From Verrucomicrobiota bacterium (GTDB taxonomy: Bacteria; Verrucomicrobiota; Verrucomicrobiia; Limisphaerales; CANJXF01), in the NCBI GenBank assembly GCA_038214755.1, contig JBBQRQ010000007.1, positions 21,298 to 85,297 of the forward strand: a stretch of DNA of 64,000 bases. The letters are read 5' to 3'. Under the pieces are notes generated by a model. That model saw only the letters and a list, made by a program, of their open reading frames with translations. It did no database searches and was not told the DNA's origin. The first letter of the stretch is position 1; each line of letters starts with the position of its first letter. The position numbers and the translations under genes are program-made. Below are positions 1-11,155 of the stretch, piece by piece.

Positions 1-577
1 TACCTTCTGGATCACCAGACCCCGGAACGCGGTAACTGTCAGACCTTGATTTTACTCCCCGTCGAGTCAACACATGTATCTTGAGGTTCAGCGCCTCCTT
101 GCAAATGCGCGCCGTTTCGCGAGCTAAACCACCGTAACCCCAAAAGCCAACTGTCATTCCACTAATCTCGCGCTGGAATCGCGCGTCGCGATCCCAAATC
201 CCGCCCTCCTGATTGCGAATCATGGCACGAAGGTCGCGCGCCAAATTGATCATCATGGACACGCACCATTCAGATATAGGTATATCAAATACCCCTTGTG
301 CATTCGTTGCTCGAACATTCCGCGCGGGAAGACCAAGGTCCAGCAATTGTTCAAACCCCGACGAACATACTTGAATCCACTCGAGCGCAATCAAGTCATT
401 GAAATTCGTTGGCGGTACGGAACAAAAGAGAATGTTCGTCTCGCGCAAGATATGTGCTGGCAAAGGGCGAGGTTCATCTGTAATCGGATCAGCCACGACT
501 ACCCGGACGCCATTAATAGTTTGCAACCGATCCACCACGGGTGGGTGCAAGGGAACATCAATCAGGATTTGTTTCAT
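1..577 (-). CDS. D-2-hydroxyacid dehydrogenase family protein (3' end runs off the window)
   Basis: Not in the ORF track; my translation from ATG 577 gives MKQILIDVPLHPP...TNAQGVFDIPISEW...TVGFWGYGGLARETARICK, with a Rossmann GxGxxA motif. Overlaps the upstream enolase-family gene by 20 nt. Confidence 0.85.
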   Translation of the reverse strand, partial: MKQILIDVPLHPPVVDRLQTINGVRVVVADPITDEPRPLPAHILRETNILFCSVPPTNFNDLIALEWIQVCSSGFEQLLDLGLPARNVRATNAQGVFDIPISEWCVSMMINLARDLRAMIRNQEGGIWDRDARFQREISGMTVGFWGYGGLARETARICKEALNLKIHVLTRRGVKSRSDSYRVPGSGDPEG

Positions 578-1814
578 GACAGTTCAAGCTCTCTTCCTCC
601 ATGATTTTCCCTGGCACGCTATTAAACTCGCCACTACCCGGAACGAACGGAAACCGGTTTTTCAGTTGTTCGGTGACTATAATTCCAAGACCAGGGCTTT
701 GCGGCGGAAGCACTCGTCCTTCCCGCATTTGAAACGAATCTCCCATCATTTCGCTGTGCAAAGGACCAAATGCTGGAGGCACCTCAACAATAAGGGTATT
801 CTCACAAGCGAAAGCGACGTGAATATTCTGCATGAGCGAAGCGCCTGATCCCCACGAATGGGTAGCGATTCGACGATCATGTTGAGCGAGCATATCCGCC
901 ACTTGCAGGACTTCCCCAAGACCACCGGTAAATGACGCATCGGGCTGACCAATGTCGAAGCAATCGCGTTCGACGAAAACTCGCCACTCATAGGTTCCGG
1001 TCAAGCATTCGCCACCCGCTATAGGAACTTCCGTGCTTCGGCATAATTCCGCGTAACCCTGGGGGTCAGTGTAGTGTAAGGGCTCTTCAAAGAACAATAA
1101 CCTATAAGACTCGACTGCCTTCATGACCGCTTGAGCTGTAGCCAGAGTCCAGGTTTTTGACGGGCTGTTCCCCATGTGCCCATCCAGCATCAACTCGATG
1201 CCGATCCCAATTTTGCGGCGGACGAACTCCAACTTGCCGGCTTCAAAATCGGCGGCTTGGTTTGGATCGTCGCTAATGGTGAAGCCGTGATCTGTTGAAA
1301 ATGCTCCAACGCCAAGCTTGATTCCCTTAAATCCAAGGGAGAGGTACAAATCCAATTTCGCTGCCAGCGAATCGATAGGATAATTCGATGGCCCACCAGA
1401 AGCATAGGCGAGCAAGGAATCGTGTTTCAGTCCACCGAGCAATTCGTAAACAGGTTGGTTGTGCAGTTTGCCTTTCAAATCCCAAAGCGCAGCTTCAATA
1501 CCATTGAGCACCGCCAAGCCTAAACCGACGCGGCACCAGAAATTACCGCATTGATACATTCGACTCCACAACTCATCAATTCTGTCCACGCTTTGCCCCA
1601 GAAGGATCGGCTTAAAAAAATCGACAATCCCGGGCACAACCTCCGGACAGAAATACCCCGCATAGGTTTCACCTATCCCGGTAACATTCGTATCGGTATG
1701 GATTTCAATTAACGCAACGCTTCGCCGCCGACGGCACTCGCTGATGAAGGGGTCCAGCGTAGCGGGGCCAGTCAGTAAGATGGTTCTTACGTCGATGATT
1801 TTCACGTCTTTCAT
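558..1814 (-). CDS. Mandelate racemase/muconate lactonizing enzyme family (enolase superfamily), probable sugar-acid dehydratase
   Basis: GIGE N-terminal motif, IEAALWDLKGK...PVYELLGG, KxK, metal ligands in MLDGH/FFEEP/GGE, QPD, terminal PGLG. Confidence 0.9.
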   Translation of the reverse strand: MKDVKIIDVRTILLTGPATLDPFISECRRRRSVALIEIHTDTNVTGIGETYAGYFCPEVVPGIVDFFKPILLGQSVDRIDELWSRMYQCGNFWCRVGLGLAVLNGIEAALWDLKGKLHNQPVYELLGGLKHDSLLAYASGGPSNYPIDSLAAKLDLYLSLGFKGIKLGVGAFSTDHGFTISDDPNQAADFEAGKLEFVRRKIGIGIELMLDGHMGNSPSKTWTLATAQAVMKAVESYRLLFFEEPLHYTDPQGYAELCRSTEVPIAGGECLTGTYEWRVFVERDCFDIGQPDASFTGGLGEVLQVADMLAQHDRRIATHSWGSGASLMQNIHVAFACENTLIVEVPPAFGPLHSEMMGDSFQMREGRVLPPQSPGLGIIVTEQLKNRFPFVPGSGEFNSVPGKIMEEESLNCHETNPD

Positions 1815-1855
1815 GAGGCGAACATTGGAAACATTGGATACAGCATACCGTCAAT

Positions 1856-2932
1856 CTAAGGCCCCTTCGCGGATGAATGCCTTGCAAGAATTTCCCTGTT
1901 ACGACTTGGAGCTTGGCGCACAGACTTTATCAATCCTGTCGCAGTTTCGTAAAACAGCATTTCAATTTGCTGTTGCGTCAGGCCAACCCGTCTTGCCGCG
2001 CGTCGCATGCCTCGAAGCTGTTCGTAGCGCGTAAAAGTCATGCGCGGGTCTGCATGAACCAGGCTCAGTGAATGGTTCTGTTCTGACAGAAAGGACCAAG
2101 CGAAACCAAAGGTGATGTATTTGCCCCGCATCACCCCAATCGGGATATCGTCGCTGCCGTACATTACTCTTTCAATGCCAATCTCAGAGTAAAGGGCATC
2201 AAAAGCATCTGTTTCGCACACCGATGAGGTATCGTACCAAATGTTTGGAAATGTCCGCAAACGCTTGGCCGCTTTTTCAATGGCCCATGAGGAATAGCTC
2301 CTGGCGCAATGAGCCAGAATCCACTTGGCGCCGGGGTACTGCTGAGTGAGGAAGTCCAGATCATCGATGTTTTCCGGATCCGCGATGGCATTTCGCTTCG
2401 ATAAATGCATCATAATGATGAGACCGCGACGATGTGCCACCTCGATTTGGTGTCGTGGCAGGAAATCAGTGATGCGACATTCCACCACATCGCCCGTTAC
2501 CGAATAGGTGCGATAGGGTTTGAATCCCAGAAAGCCACAACGTTCCACCTCTGCCTCAAGAAAGTCCGCACTCATGGAAGGGTTAACCAGCATCAGTGCT
2601 CCTGAGGCCAAATCATGCTGTGTTTGTTTGAACACAAACTCATTTGAGGCACGGAAGTCGCATGAAGGCGAAAATGGAAAAGGAAATACCAGACGGCTTA
2701 CTTCCCGGCCGGGCATCAGGAGTCGATCACAAGAATCCAGAGCTTCCCAATCAGCTTTCGGAAAATCCCGGCCGATAAAGTTGTAGGTAGCGCTATCATC
2801 CTTCTGGGGATCGGTGTTGAAGGTCCAACGGTAGGCATGGGTGTGAACATCAAAGACACGCTTCGGTACAAACTCTTCCAGCTCTTCCTGCCAAATACGG
2901 CGGTCCATGTCATTCAATTCAATGGTTTTCAT
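1856..2932 (-). CDS. Amidohydrolase family protein (amidohydro_2-like)
   Basis: DVHTH metal motif, GFKPY, ILAH, WYDTS, YGSD. Confidence 0.85.
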   Translation of the reverse strand: MKTIELNDMDRRIWQEELEEFVPKRVFDVHTHAYRWTFNTDPQKDDSATYNFIGRDFPKADWEALDSCDRLLMPGREVSRLVFPFPFSPSCDFRASNEFVFKQTQHDLASGALMLVNPSMSADFLEAEVERCGFLGFKPYRTYSVTGDVVECRITDFLPRHQIEVAHRRGLIIMMHLSKRNAIADPENIDDLDFLTQQYPGAKWILAHCARSYSSWAIEKAAKRLRTFPNIWYDTSSVCETDAFDALYSEIGIERVMYGSDDIPIGVMRGKYITFGFAWSFLSEQNHSLSLVHADPRMTFTRYEQLRGMRRAARRVGLTQQQIEMLFYETATGLIKSVRQAPSRNREILARHSSAKGP

Positions 2933-3014
2933 TTCGCGACGGCTACCACGGCATGCTGCTTTGACATTCGACTAAAGTCCTGCTTCATAAATGTCGCTGC
3001 GATACATCATTTGA

Positions 3015-3950
3015 TCAGGACTGATGCCATTTGAGCAAGAACTCTGCTCCCATCTGCCGCCACGAGTCGTCCACCGAGTGACCAGGCGCTGCCATCGCCG
3101 AAGAAATAAACTCGATCTTGGAAGTGCCACGACCCTTCCGAACATTCGCTTCCAGCAGATCGAGAAAGAATCGACTGCAGGTCAGCGCACTCACCCGATC
3201 ATCTGAATTATTAATCACGAGGAAGATGGGCTTACCTGTCAGTTGCTCAACGTAGAGAGAAAGGTTTAGCTTCGGAAGATATTCGCGTTTTCGGTCGGCG
3301 GCAAACTCAGCAAGAACACCCCAATCTGTCACCGGCGCGATTGCTGCCACAGCGGCCACGCGCGTATCGACCGCGAGCAACCGCAACGCCAGATAACCGG
3401 AGCGGGAAATGCCATAGATCACAATCCGTCCGGGATCTGCCAACCCAGCCTCGATACTCCAACTGATAACTGCGGAAGCCTCCTTCACGAACATCGTAAA
3501 CGGGTCTTTGCCATCAACGAAAGCATTGCGCCAACCCACCAGTCCCTCCCCGTATTTGTCCGCGCGCGTGCCTTGGTTTGGAAGGTCGAAGCTCAACACT
3601 CGGTGTCCTTGTTTCAAAAATAGATTCGCGGCCAGCAAGTAAGGATGAACCGTCAACGAAACTTCACGGCTCGTCGAAAGGTTCAACAGCAAGAGGGGTT
3701 TGGCCGCTAGTCGTTCTGGCTGGGGAGAAATGAGCCGGGGGATGATGGTATGGCCATCGACTTCGACTTTAAATTCTTGAGAGACAACAGGGCCAACCTG
3801 TTCCTTCTTGTTCTGCCCGAGCGCTTGAGTTTCTTTGCTTAAGGCTGAGTACTGTGGCAAGACAGCTAGGCTCGATTGGATCAAAAGTCCGGAGCCGCCG
3901 ACGCCTTGCAGGAAATTCCGTCGGGTAATATGACCTTCCCTATTTGTCAT
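3015..3950 (-). CDS. Tat-exported alpha/beta hydrolase (esterase/peptidase S9-like)
   Basis: TRRNFLQ twin-arginine signal just after ATG 3950 (preferred over the track start 4004); GISRSG nucleophile elbow, DDRV, GH. Confidence 0.75.
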   Translation of the reverse strand: MTNREGHITRRNFLQGVGGSGLLIQSSLAVLPQYSALSKETQALGQNKKEQVGPVVSQEFKVEVDGHTIIPRLISPQPERLAAKPLLLLNLSTSREVSLTVHPYLLAANLFLKQGHRVLSFDLPNQGTRADKYGEGLVGWRNAFVDGKDPFTMFVKEASAVISWSIEAGLADPGRIVIYGISRSGYLALRLLAVDTRVAAVAAIAPVTDWGVLAEFAADRKREYLPKLNLSLYVEQLTGKPIFLVINNSDDRVSALTCSRFFLDLLEANVRKGRGTSKIEFISSAMAAPGHSVDDSWRQMGAEFLLKWHQS

Positions 3951-4013
3951 GACTCTTGCGTAGAGGATGAATATTCCTAGCTCAAACCTGTAGACTAGAG
4001 TCAAGTTCAGTCC

Positions 4014-4517
4014 TCATGGTAAACTTGGCTTGGGATGAGGGCATCCACCTTTCGCTTTCCCAGCTTCCATGATCTGCGAGCCTTCGTTGCTCAATTTTAG
4101 AAACCATCGTTCCTCCTCCAGTGAACTGACAAGTATCCCATTCTTTCTACTCTCCAACGCAAAACCAATAGTCGATTGTCCACCGCCCCGCTTCATTTCC
4201 TCCTCAACTTGCCGCTTTACTTCAGGAGTGAATGTTTCCAAGAAGGCAATGAAATTTGTCGGCTTTGAATTAGCATCGCATATGAAAACGTAAGCGCGCA
4301 CGCCGGTTCCAGGACCAGACTTGGTGTCAATCGGCGGCACGCTCATATCGGAGGTAGGGAATAATTGATGCGTTTTCAAATTGTAAAACCAAATATTCCC
4401 CTTCGGTCGCTTGTTCGCGTTAAAGCTCCGCGTGATAAGGAAATAGCCAGCGGCAGCGATGCATAACACGGCCAAGGTCACCGTCAGTTTGGGCCAACGA
4501 TCGATAAGGTTACTCAT
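4014..4517 (-). CDS. Membrane-anchored hypothetical protein
   Basis: Single N-terminal hydrophobic helix, then WFYNL...PPI...GVRAYVF; co-oriented and abuts the next gene. Confidence 0.7.
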   Translation of the reverse strand: MSNLIDRWPKLTVTLAVLCIAAAGYFLITRSFNANKRPKGNIWFYNLKTHQLFPTSDMSVPPIDTKSGPGTGVRAYVFICDANSKPTNFIAFLETFTPEVKRQVEEEMKRGGGQSTIGFALESRKNGILVSSLEEERWFLKLSNEGSQIMEAGKAKGGCPHPKPSLP

Positions 4518-4642
4518 AATTCAAATATTGAGGTTAATGAGGACGGTCCGTTTAGGTTTACTTCTTCGTGAAACGAATTAATCACTCCAAGGTTCTTGGT
4601 TGTTATCATGACTAAGGGCGCATTTTTTTTTCAAAGGATCGA

Positions 4643-5971
4643 TCATTTCATTTCTTCCACATGCGCAAAGATAGCACGGCGCAGGGCTTCAAAACCTTGG
4701 CGCGAAATGCCGTGGCCACCCACTGGATCGTTGAAGATTTCCTTTTTTCCAGGCAGATTGTTATAGGCTGCATAGATACTTGTCGGTGGGCAAACCGTGT
4801 CGATGAAGCCGACGCCAATGATTCCTGCCGCTTTAGTGCGCGTGGCGAAGTTCATCGCGTCGAAGTAACGCGCAGTTTCGATTACGCTGGGATGCGGCTT
4901 ACCATCGGGACCGAGAGGATAAAGGATTTTTGGCCATCCGCCCACGCGGCCTGCAACACTGCCCGTAAGATCGCATAGTCCGGTAACGTTCGCCGCGAAA
5001 AATGTCACGCGGGGATCAAGACCAGCGGCGACGAAAGCTTGCGCGCCACCCTGGCTTCTACCGTGCGTGATTACCGTGCGTCCGTCCCACTCTGGTTGCG
5101 AGGCGAGAAAGTCATTCGCCCGGACCAGGCGGAGGAGCATGCCCAGCCAATAACTCTTCTCGCGCGATTCGCGGCCAAATCGGGGATAGTCCTTCAAATC
5201 GCCAGCCGCGAGATCAGCATAGAACTTATCCGGCTTGCCGTTGGGAAGGCCATGGGCGTTGATGTCGAGGGCTAGAAAATTTTCTTTCGCCCAACTCACC
5301 GCATTAGTGAGGTCCGATCCACTCACACCCACAACGTGAGTGAGAAGGATTATCGGCAAACTCTTCGGCTTCGCTCCAACGGGCCGTGCGAAGTAACCGG
5401 ACACGGGTGCTCCAACACAATCAGCTTGCAGATCGAAACACACAATGCTGGCCGCAGGAGATTTTACCGACGTGAGGCGCGGATTGATGGGGACCGCTGC
5501 CAGTTTCTTTTTTTGTGCAGACCAGAATGGGTCAAAGTCGTCCGGCACCGGTAAGCTTGGTTTGATTTGCAACGGATCAATGGCAGCGCCAGCTATTGCT
5601 GCGATCTTCTTATCTGGCGTCTGAAACGCGGCATTGAGTTGCAAAAAACCAGGTTCATCCAGTTTACCGGTAACTGTGGCTGTGCCTGCCTTGAGTTGTA
5701 CTGTACACAAGTGCGACGGAGGCACGCCATCTTTTGAAGTATTCCATTGCACTTCAGCGTCATTTACCGGTTCGTTATCGTGCAGCAACTTGATCGTGAA
5801 GGTGACCGTCTCGCCTTGCTTGTAAATTCCATTCGTGCGGTCCGCGACAACCGTTAGCACGTAAGCCTTGGATAACTTTCCTCCTTGCGCGTGAAGAACA
5901 GGAACTGGCGCGGAGATAACGAGAATAACTGCTACGAAGATCAAACATCTGAATAAAGAAGAGGGTTTCAT
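4643..5971 (-). CDS. Secreted acetylxylan esterase / cephalosporin-C deacetylase (CE7-like)
   Basis: Signal peptide; PDDFDPFW, GRSQGG nucleophile, GFIDTVCPP, GHG. Confidence 0.88.
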   Translation of the reverse strand: MKPSSLFRCLIFVAVILVISAPVPVLHAQGGKLSKAYVLTVVADRTNGIYKQGETVTFTIKLLHDNEPVNDAEVQWNTSKDGVPPSHLCTVQLKAGTATVTGKLDEPGFLQLNAAFQTPDKKIAAIAGAAIDPLQIKPSLPVPDDFDPFWSAQKKKLAAVPINPRLTSVKSPAASIVCFDLQADCVGAPVSGYFARPVGAKPKSLPIILLTHVVGVSGSDLTNAVSWAKENFLALDINAHGLPNGKPDKFYADLAAGDLKDYPRFGRESREKSYWLGMLLRLVRANDFLASQPEWDGRTVITHGRSQGGAQAFVAAGLDPRVTFFAANVTGLCDLTGSVAGRVGGWPKILYPLGPDGKPHPSVIETARYFDAMNFATRTKAAGIIGVGFIDTVCPPTSIYAAYNNLPGKKEIFNDPVGGHGISRQGFEALRRAIFAHVEEMK

Positions 5972-5984
5972 ACCGGGATTTGAA

Positions 5985-7220
5985 TTAAGGTAAGGACCGG
6001 TTGCGCGGTTTCACTAGAAGCAGCAGCCCGGCGCACACTGCTAAACCAGTCGCACCGAACAGAAAGAGCTTGCTAACGTCCACCTTTGCGTCGCGCAATG
6101 CACCACCCGCGTAAATCGTTGCGCCGCCGACGAGAGAAGCAAAAAGGTTCAACACCCCCAAGCCGGTCGCGCGATAACGCGGATCATCAATCAGACAGAC
6201 GATTGGCATCAACTCGGTGTCAGCAAACGAGCGCGTCAATCCATAAAGCACAAGGCCGCAGATCGCAAACGGAAGCAGGTCCGTGCTCGACAGGAGCAAA
6301 ATGCCGGGCGTTGCGGCGCACAGCCCAATTACCGACACGAAAATGCACGCACGCTTATTGGTGAGACTCCAGCGATCGGCCCACGCGCCGCCCACCAGCA
6401 AGCCGAGCAGTGATGCTACGTTGAGATAAATGGTCGCCAACAGACCAGCTGTGCCCTGCGTGAGATGAAAGTGTTCTTTTAGATAGGTGGGCATCCAGCC
6501 GACTATCATCCAACCCGCGAGGCCAAGCAGACCAAAGTAAATCAGCATGAGGATAAACGCGCCGCGACTGAACAGGCTTGTGATCGCTTCGCCGAGCCGA
6601 ACTTTTTGCCCTGTGTCCGTTTGCGGGATTGCGTCGGCACTCTGCCGAGGCACATCACGTAACAATAGAATGAGCACGACCGAGAAGACGATACCAATAA
6701 GGCCGAATAGGCTGAACGCATAACCCCAGCCGTGTCGCTCGGCGAGCCAGCCGCCTAACCCGCCCAAGCCTGAGCCGACCCGGACGCTGCCTAGAAAAAT
6801 ACCGGTCGCGAGCGAGCGTGTAGCAGTCTGGTGATAATCCGCGACGAGCGCAAGCCCTGCCGGGATGAAGCACGCTTCGCTGATCCCCATTAGTAATCGG
6901 GTCGCAAGCAACTGCTCATAGTTCTTCGCGTGCGCGGTCAACCATGTGATGAGCGACCAGACCAATAAGCTCACGATGATGACGCGGGAGCGGTTAAACC
7001 TGTCGGCCAAAAAACCGGCAAAAGGACTCAACAAGGCGTAAACCAATAAAAACGACGTGGTAAGGAGTCCGAACTGCGCCTCGGTCATTGGGATCGCCTC
7101 ATTCAACGAACTACGCATCGTCGTGATCATCACGCGATCAAGGTAATTGAGACATCCGACCACCCAAAGGAGTGCTACGACCAACCATGCTCGCGAAGGC
7201 AGCTTAGTGTCAGGTATCAT
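5985..7220 (-). CDS. MFS transporter (sugar-acid/anion type)
   Basis: About 12 TM segments, LNYLDR, GFLADRFNRSR motif A. Confidence 0.92.
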   Translation of the reverse strand: MIPDTKLPSRAWLVVALLWVVGCLNYLDRVMITTMRSSLNEAIPMTEAQFGLLTTSFLLVYALLSPFAGFLADRFNRSRVIIVSLLVWSLITWLTAHAKNYEQLLATRLLMGISEACFIPAGLALVADYHQTATRSLATGIFLGSVRVGSGLGGLGGWLAERHGWGYAFSLFGLIGIVFSVVLILLLRDVPRQSADAIPQTDTGQKVRLGEAITSLFSRGAFILMLIYFGLLGLAGWMIVGWMPTYLKEHFHLTQGTAGLLATIYLNVASLLGLLVGGAWADRWSLTNKRACIFVSVIGLCAATPGILLLSSTDLLPFAICGLVLYGLTRSFADTELMPIVCLIDDPRYRATGLGVLNLFASLVGGATIYAGGALRDAKVDVSKLFLFGATGLAVCAGLLLLVKPRNRSLP

Positions 7221-7303
7221 GAGAGTGACGTTAATGAGCCGAAGTTCGAGGACATAGTGCGCGGCTAATAAAGGCCATCATTAAACAGGCTATTTACTCC
7301 CAC

Positions 7304-10300
7304 TCATTTCCGTAATTCTTCCGCAGTCCAAGCGGTCTCTCGGTTCGCAGTGGTAACGCGGACGTCGTTTACGTCGGTGGCTAAAACCGGCGGAGCATCT
7401 GGTCCGAAGTCGGCGCGAATGAACGTCAGCACGTCCGCGATCTGCTGGTCGTCCAGCCCGGCCATCGAGGGCATTGGTATGGGGTTCTGCATCACGAACG
7501 GTTGGCCAGCGACCGTAAGCGTGCCATTGAGGCCATGCAAAAGAATCTTGATAAGATTCTCCTTGTCGCCACGCACCCAATCGCTGCGAACAAGTGGCGG
7601 GTAGGTATTAGGCAGACCCTTGCCGTCAGGCTGGTGGCATGGCAAGCAAGCCATTTCGTAAACAACCTTACCAGGCGAAGGTGGCACTCGAGGTGTGCTG
7701 GCAAGTTTGCGGACGTAATCAGCCTGGGTGGCGCTACCACCGAAAGTTAGACGGTGGGCCGCCAGCGCCGGTCCCCACTGCGGTTGCAGGGCGCGGATGC
7801 TTTGAACCAGCGCGTAGTCAATGAAACGATCACGCGGAGCTTCGATCGCTTGCGTGATGACTTCCACGGCTTCCGATTTCATAACGTAACTGGCCGCGAC
7901 AATAGCTTCGAGTCGGACGCGCGGATGCCCGTCACGGATGCACTCGCACAACAGCGCCAACGGGTCAGCCAAGCGATCAGCCCACGCGCCGATCACGCGT
8001 GCGCCATAGGCCCGGACACGCGGGTCTTTTGCCGCGAGCAGCTTTGCCAGAAGAGCAGGCCGAACTGTCTCATGCGCCTCGAAGACACCTATCACTTCGA
8101 GTAACAATCGTTCATAGTCTGCCATGGCAGGCTCAAGCGTCGCCACCCAGTCGTCAGCGGCTTTCAGCACATCGGTCGACGGAGTATCGAAGAGAAGTCT
8201 TTTGGCTTGATAGCGCGTCCAGCGTTCGGGCGAGCGGAGCTGTTCGAGCAATTCGACGGGCTTCATCGCAGCAAGATTGGGCTGCTTGACTGGCTCGCGG
8301 CCTTTCGCCGAAATGCGCCAGATGCGGCCATGTGTCTTGTCGCGGCGCGGATCGGCGTAGCTGGCCTGGTAGTGGCCAATGATAGGATTGAACCAGTCCG
8401 CCACGTAAATCGCGCCGTCCGGACCGATGCTCACATCCACCGGTCGGAACGCAGCCGTGGACGACTTTAGCAGCTTGGGCAACTGCGTGGTCTTGAAGCC
8501 CGACCCGTCGTCGTGGAAGCGATGCAGTTCGACCACGTTGTCGAAATAGCCGCCAATGACCGCGCATCCTTGAACATCATCCGGCAGCGCCCGTGTGCCG
8601 ATGATATCCAGCGACGTTGTCTTTAAAGTAGTCGCGAAGAGCGAGCCGAAAGGGTGATATTCGTCGGGGTTCGCCAGTCTCACCATACCCGGCACGGTAT
8701 AGTAGCCCTCGGGCCGGTCTCCGGACTTGTGGAAGACTTGGTTGTAGTCGTCGAACGCGACGCCCCAGCAATTGGCGCCGGCTTTACCACCGCCGAAAAA
8801 GCCGTCGAGACGCAGCGTGCGCGGACGCAACCGCCACACCGCCGCCTTGTCGAGCCGTGCAATTCCCCATGGCGTCTCGACGCGCGAGAAAGCGTGCAGG
8901 CCTTGCGTGAACCATAGGCTGCCGTCCGGTCCGTGCGTGATGGAATTAATGAGCTGGTGCGTGTCGCCAACGCCAAAGCCGGAAAACATCAAACGGCGCG
9001 AGTCGGCGCGGCCATCGCCGTCCGTGTCGCGTAGATGCACAAGCTGGTCAAAGTCGCACACGTAAAGTCCGCCATCGCCAAGCTCCAAACCCTGCACCAT
9101 GGTCAGCCCTTCTGCGAAGCGGCGCGACTTGTTCGCGCGTCCACCCCCGTTGGTATCTTCGAGAAGGACAATGTAATCCGCCGGCTTCGCGCTCGCGTGC
9201 GTTTGTGGATACGTTGGCGAGCAGGCCACGTAGAGGCGCCCGCGCTCGTCCCACGAGATTTGAGTGGGCTTCGCCACGCCCTCGCGCTCGGAGGCAAACA
9301 GATTCACCTCATAGCCCTCGGCCACCGTGAACGTGGCGAGTTCCGCCTTGGGAGACATCACTTCCAATTCAGGCGACGGGGCCAACTTCGGTTCCGGAAT
9401 TGAAGCCACCTTCTCGCCGCGAGTGAGTGCGTGAATCTGCCGATCCGCCTCGGTCACGAGCGGCTTGTAGTTTTCGAAATTTTCCCTCAACGAAGGCATG
9501 GAGCCGCCCGCCTTGCCATACATCTGCGCAACACGATCACCATAGACGAACGACCAATTAGCCGGACGCCAGCAGTCGAACCACAACCGGTTCTTCTCCA
9601 CGATGGCGACGCGTAGGGGATCAAGTTCCTTTGACCACTTGGCCTCTGCGCCCAGTTGGCGGGCGAAAACGTGCGCCACTTCTCGCAGTCCATCGGCGGT
9701 CAGATGAAGTCCGTCCTCCGTAAGCCGAGATGAATTCGCGCGCCGTTTTGATAGGGGCGTGAATAAATCAACAAACACTGCGCCGCGTTGCTTGGCGATG
9801 TCGCGCATGACATTTGCGTAAGTGCCCACATCGGAATTACGCTTGCTAATGTCCGGCGCGTGCGACGCCGTTGGCTTCTCAAAGGGCATCGGCGATACGA
9901 GCACCAGCCGCCGCGTCCGCGCGGCGAATTGGTCGAGCAGTCGGTGATACGCTGCTGAAAACTCCGGCAGCCGTCCAACGCCATCCAGCGCCTCGATTTG
10001 CCCGAACTGCGCTACCACGATGGTCGCGCCGGCCGTCTCCAACTGCCGCGTCCACGAGCCGAAATTCAGGTCGCGCCATTGCTCATAAACCGTGTCGCCC
10101 TCCCACGCCATTGAGCGAAAGCGCGGGCGCTTGGCCGCGAAGCTCGACGCGAGCAATGCCTCCAGTTCACCCGACTTCTGCTCGCGAATAAAATTCTCCT
10201 GACCAGCGAAGATTATAACTTCGTTTTCCTCCAGACTGAATTTGCCTTGCGTGAACGACCGGGGCGTCCAGTTAGGCTGCCTCTCGGCAAACCGGTTGAG

Positions 10301-10954
10301 TATTTCAGGCTCCGACGGCACGACAGGATCGGGTAACAGGTCAATCGTGATGTTGCGGAAGGAAATCTCTGCCTTGCAATTACCGTGAATTTGCAAAGCG
10401 ATGAGGCCATCGGTTTCGATGCCCGGCTCGCGCTCCGAGTAAGAGACTGTTCGCTGTCCATTGATTAAGAGCATGATTTGCGGTCCGATGGCGACGATTT
10501 CGTAAGAGTTCCAGTCACCTGGCTTTTCGACCTTCGCAATCAATTCCTTCTCCGCTGTTGCGAGTGTCTTTTTCCGCCGGGACTCATCATAAAGGGAGCC
10601 GGAATTACCGGCGCCAATGTCCGCCTGGTAGCCGGACATTTCATTGGATGGTTGCGAAATGCGCTTGCTGCGGAACTGCACGCCTCCGTTCACGAAGCCC
10701 TCGGTGCCGACCAGCTTGTATTCAAGCTTGAGATGGAAGTTCCGGTAGCTCTTGCGTGTGGCTAGAAACTCATTGCGGGGATTGCCTTCCAACGACCCGC
10801 CTACGATTGCGCCGTCTCGCACGCGCCAGACCTGTTTCGTCTCGCCTTCCCAGCCGGCTAACGACTTGCCATCAAAGAGCGGCAACGGTGTCGCATTGAC
10901 AATGGCAATGAGTAGCACAAAGTGAAACAAAGGAAGATAATGACGCCACTTCAT
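7304..10954 (-). CDS. PVC-type multidomain heme protein: DUF1080 (3-keto-disaccharide hydrolase) + SGNH-like + membrane-bound dehydrogenase propeller + HEAT + cytochrome c
   Basis: LFDGKSLAGW...NGGVQFRS...LQIH; DGLHL; EVNLFASE...DTDGDGRAD...FRPVD...YVADW...GRIWRI; CLPCHQ heme motif. Confidence 0.88.
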   Translation of the reverse strand: MKWRHYLPLFHFVLLIAIVNATPLPLFDGKSLAGWEGETKQVWRVRDGAIVGGSLEGNPRNEFLATRKSYRNFHLKLEYKLVGTEGFVNGGVQFRSKRISQPSNEMSGYQADIGAGNSGSLYDESRRKKTLATAEKELIAKVEKPGDWNSYEIVAIGPQIMLLINGQRTVSYSEREPGIETDGLIALQIHGNCKAEISFRNITIDLLPDPVVPSEPEILNRFAERQPNWTPRSFTQGKFSLEENEVIIFAGQENFIREQKSGELEALLASSFAAKRPRFRSMAWEGDTVYEQWRDLNFGSWTRQLETAGATIVVAQFGQIEALDGVGRLPEFSAAYHRLLDQFAARTRRLVLVSPMPFEKPTASHAPDISKRNSDVGTYANVMRDIAKQRGAVFVDLFTPLSKRRANSSRLTEDGLHLTADGLREVAHVFARQLGAEAKWSKELDPLRVAIVEKNRLWFDCWRPANWSFVYGDRVAQMYGKAGGSMPSLRENFENYKPLVTEADRQIHALTRGEKVASIPEPKLAPSPELEVMSPKAELATFTVAEGYEVNLFASEREGVAKPTQISWDERGRLYVACSPTYPQTHASAKPADYIVLLEDTNGGGRANKSRRFAEGLTMVQGLELGDGGLYVCDFDQLVHLRDTDGDGRADSRRLMFSGFGVGDTHQLINSITHGPDGSLWFTQGLHAFSRVETPWGIARLDKAAVWRLRPRTLRLDGFFGGGKAGANCWGVAFDDYNQVFHKSGDRPEGYYTVPGMVRLANPDEYHPFGSLFATTLKTTSLDIIGTRALPDDVQGCAVIGGYFDNVVELHRFHDDGSGFKTTQLPKLLKSSTAAFRPVDVSIGPDGAIYVADWFNPIIGHYQASYADPRRDKTHGRIWRISAKGREPVKQPNLAAMKPVELLEQLRSPERWTRYQAKRLLFDTPSTDVLKAADDWVATLEPAMADYERLLLEVIGVFEAHETVRPALLAKLLAAKDPRVRAYGARVIGAWADRLADPLALLCECIRDGHPRVRLEAIVAASYVMKSEAVEVITQAIEAPRDRFIDYALVQSIRALQPQWGPALAAHRLTFGGSATQADYVRKLASTPRVPPSPGKVVYEMACLPCHQPDGKGLPNTYPPLVRSDWVRGDKENLIKILLHGLNGTLTVAGQPFVMQNPIPMPSMAGLDDQQIADVLTFIRADFGPDAPPVLATDVNDVRVTTANRETAWTAEELRK

Positions 10955-11155
10955 AGATATGATTCAAATGACAGTGCAGGCGTTGTTGTGGGAAGATTTC
11001 TTGTGCAAGATATTCTTCGCTGTCTTGAAGACTTTTAGCAGCTTGACGAACAACTGATTGGCAATCGGCTCCATGTCAACTCAGCGCAGCCGTTCATGCT
11101 TGGCGGGTTCCCGAACGAGTCTTTGCGTCCACCTGGATGATACTAAAAAAGCTCA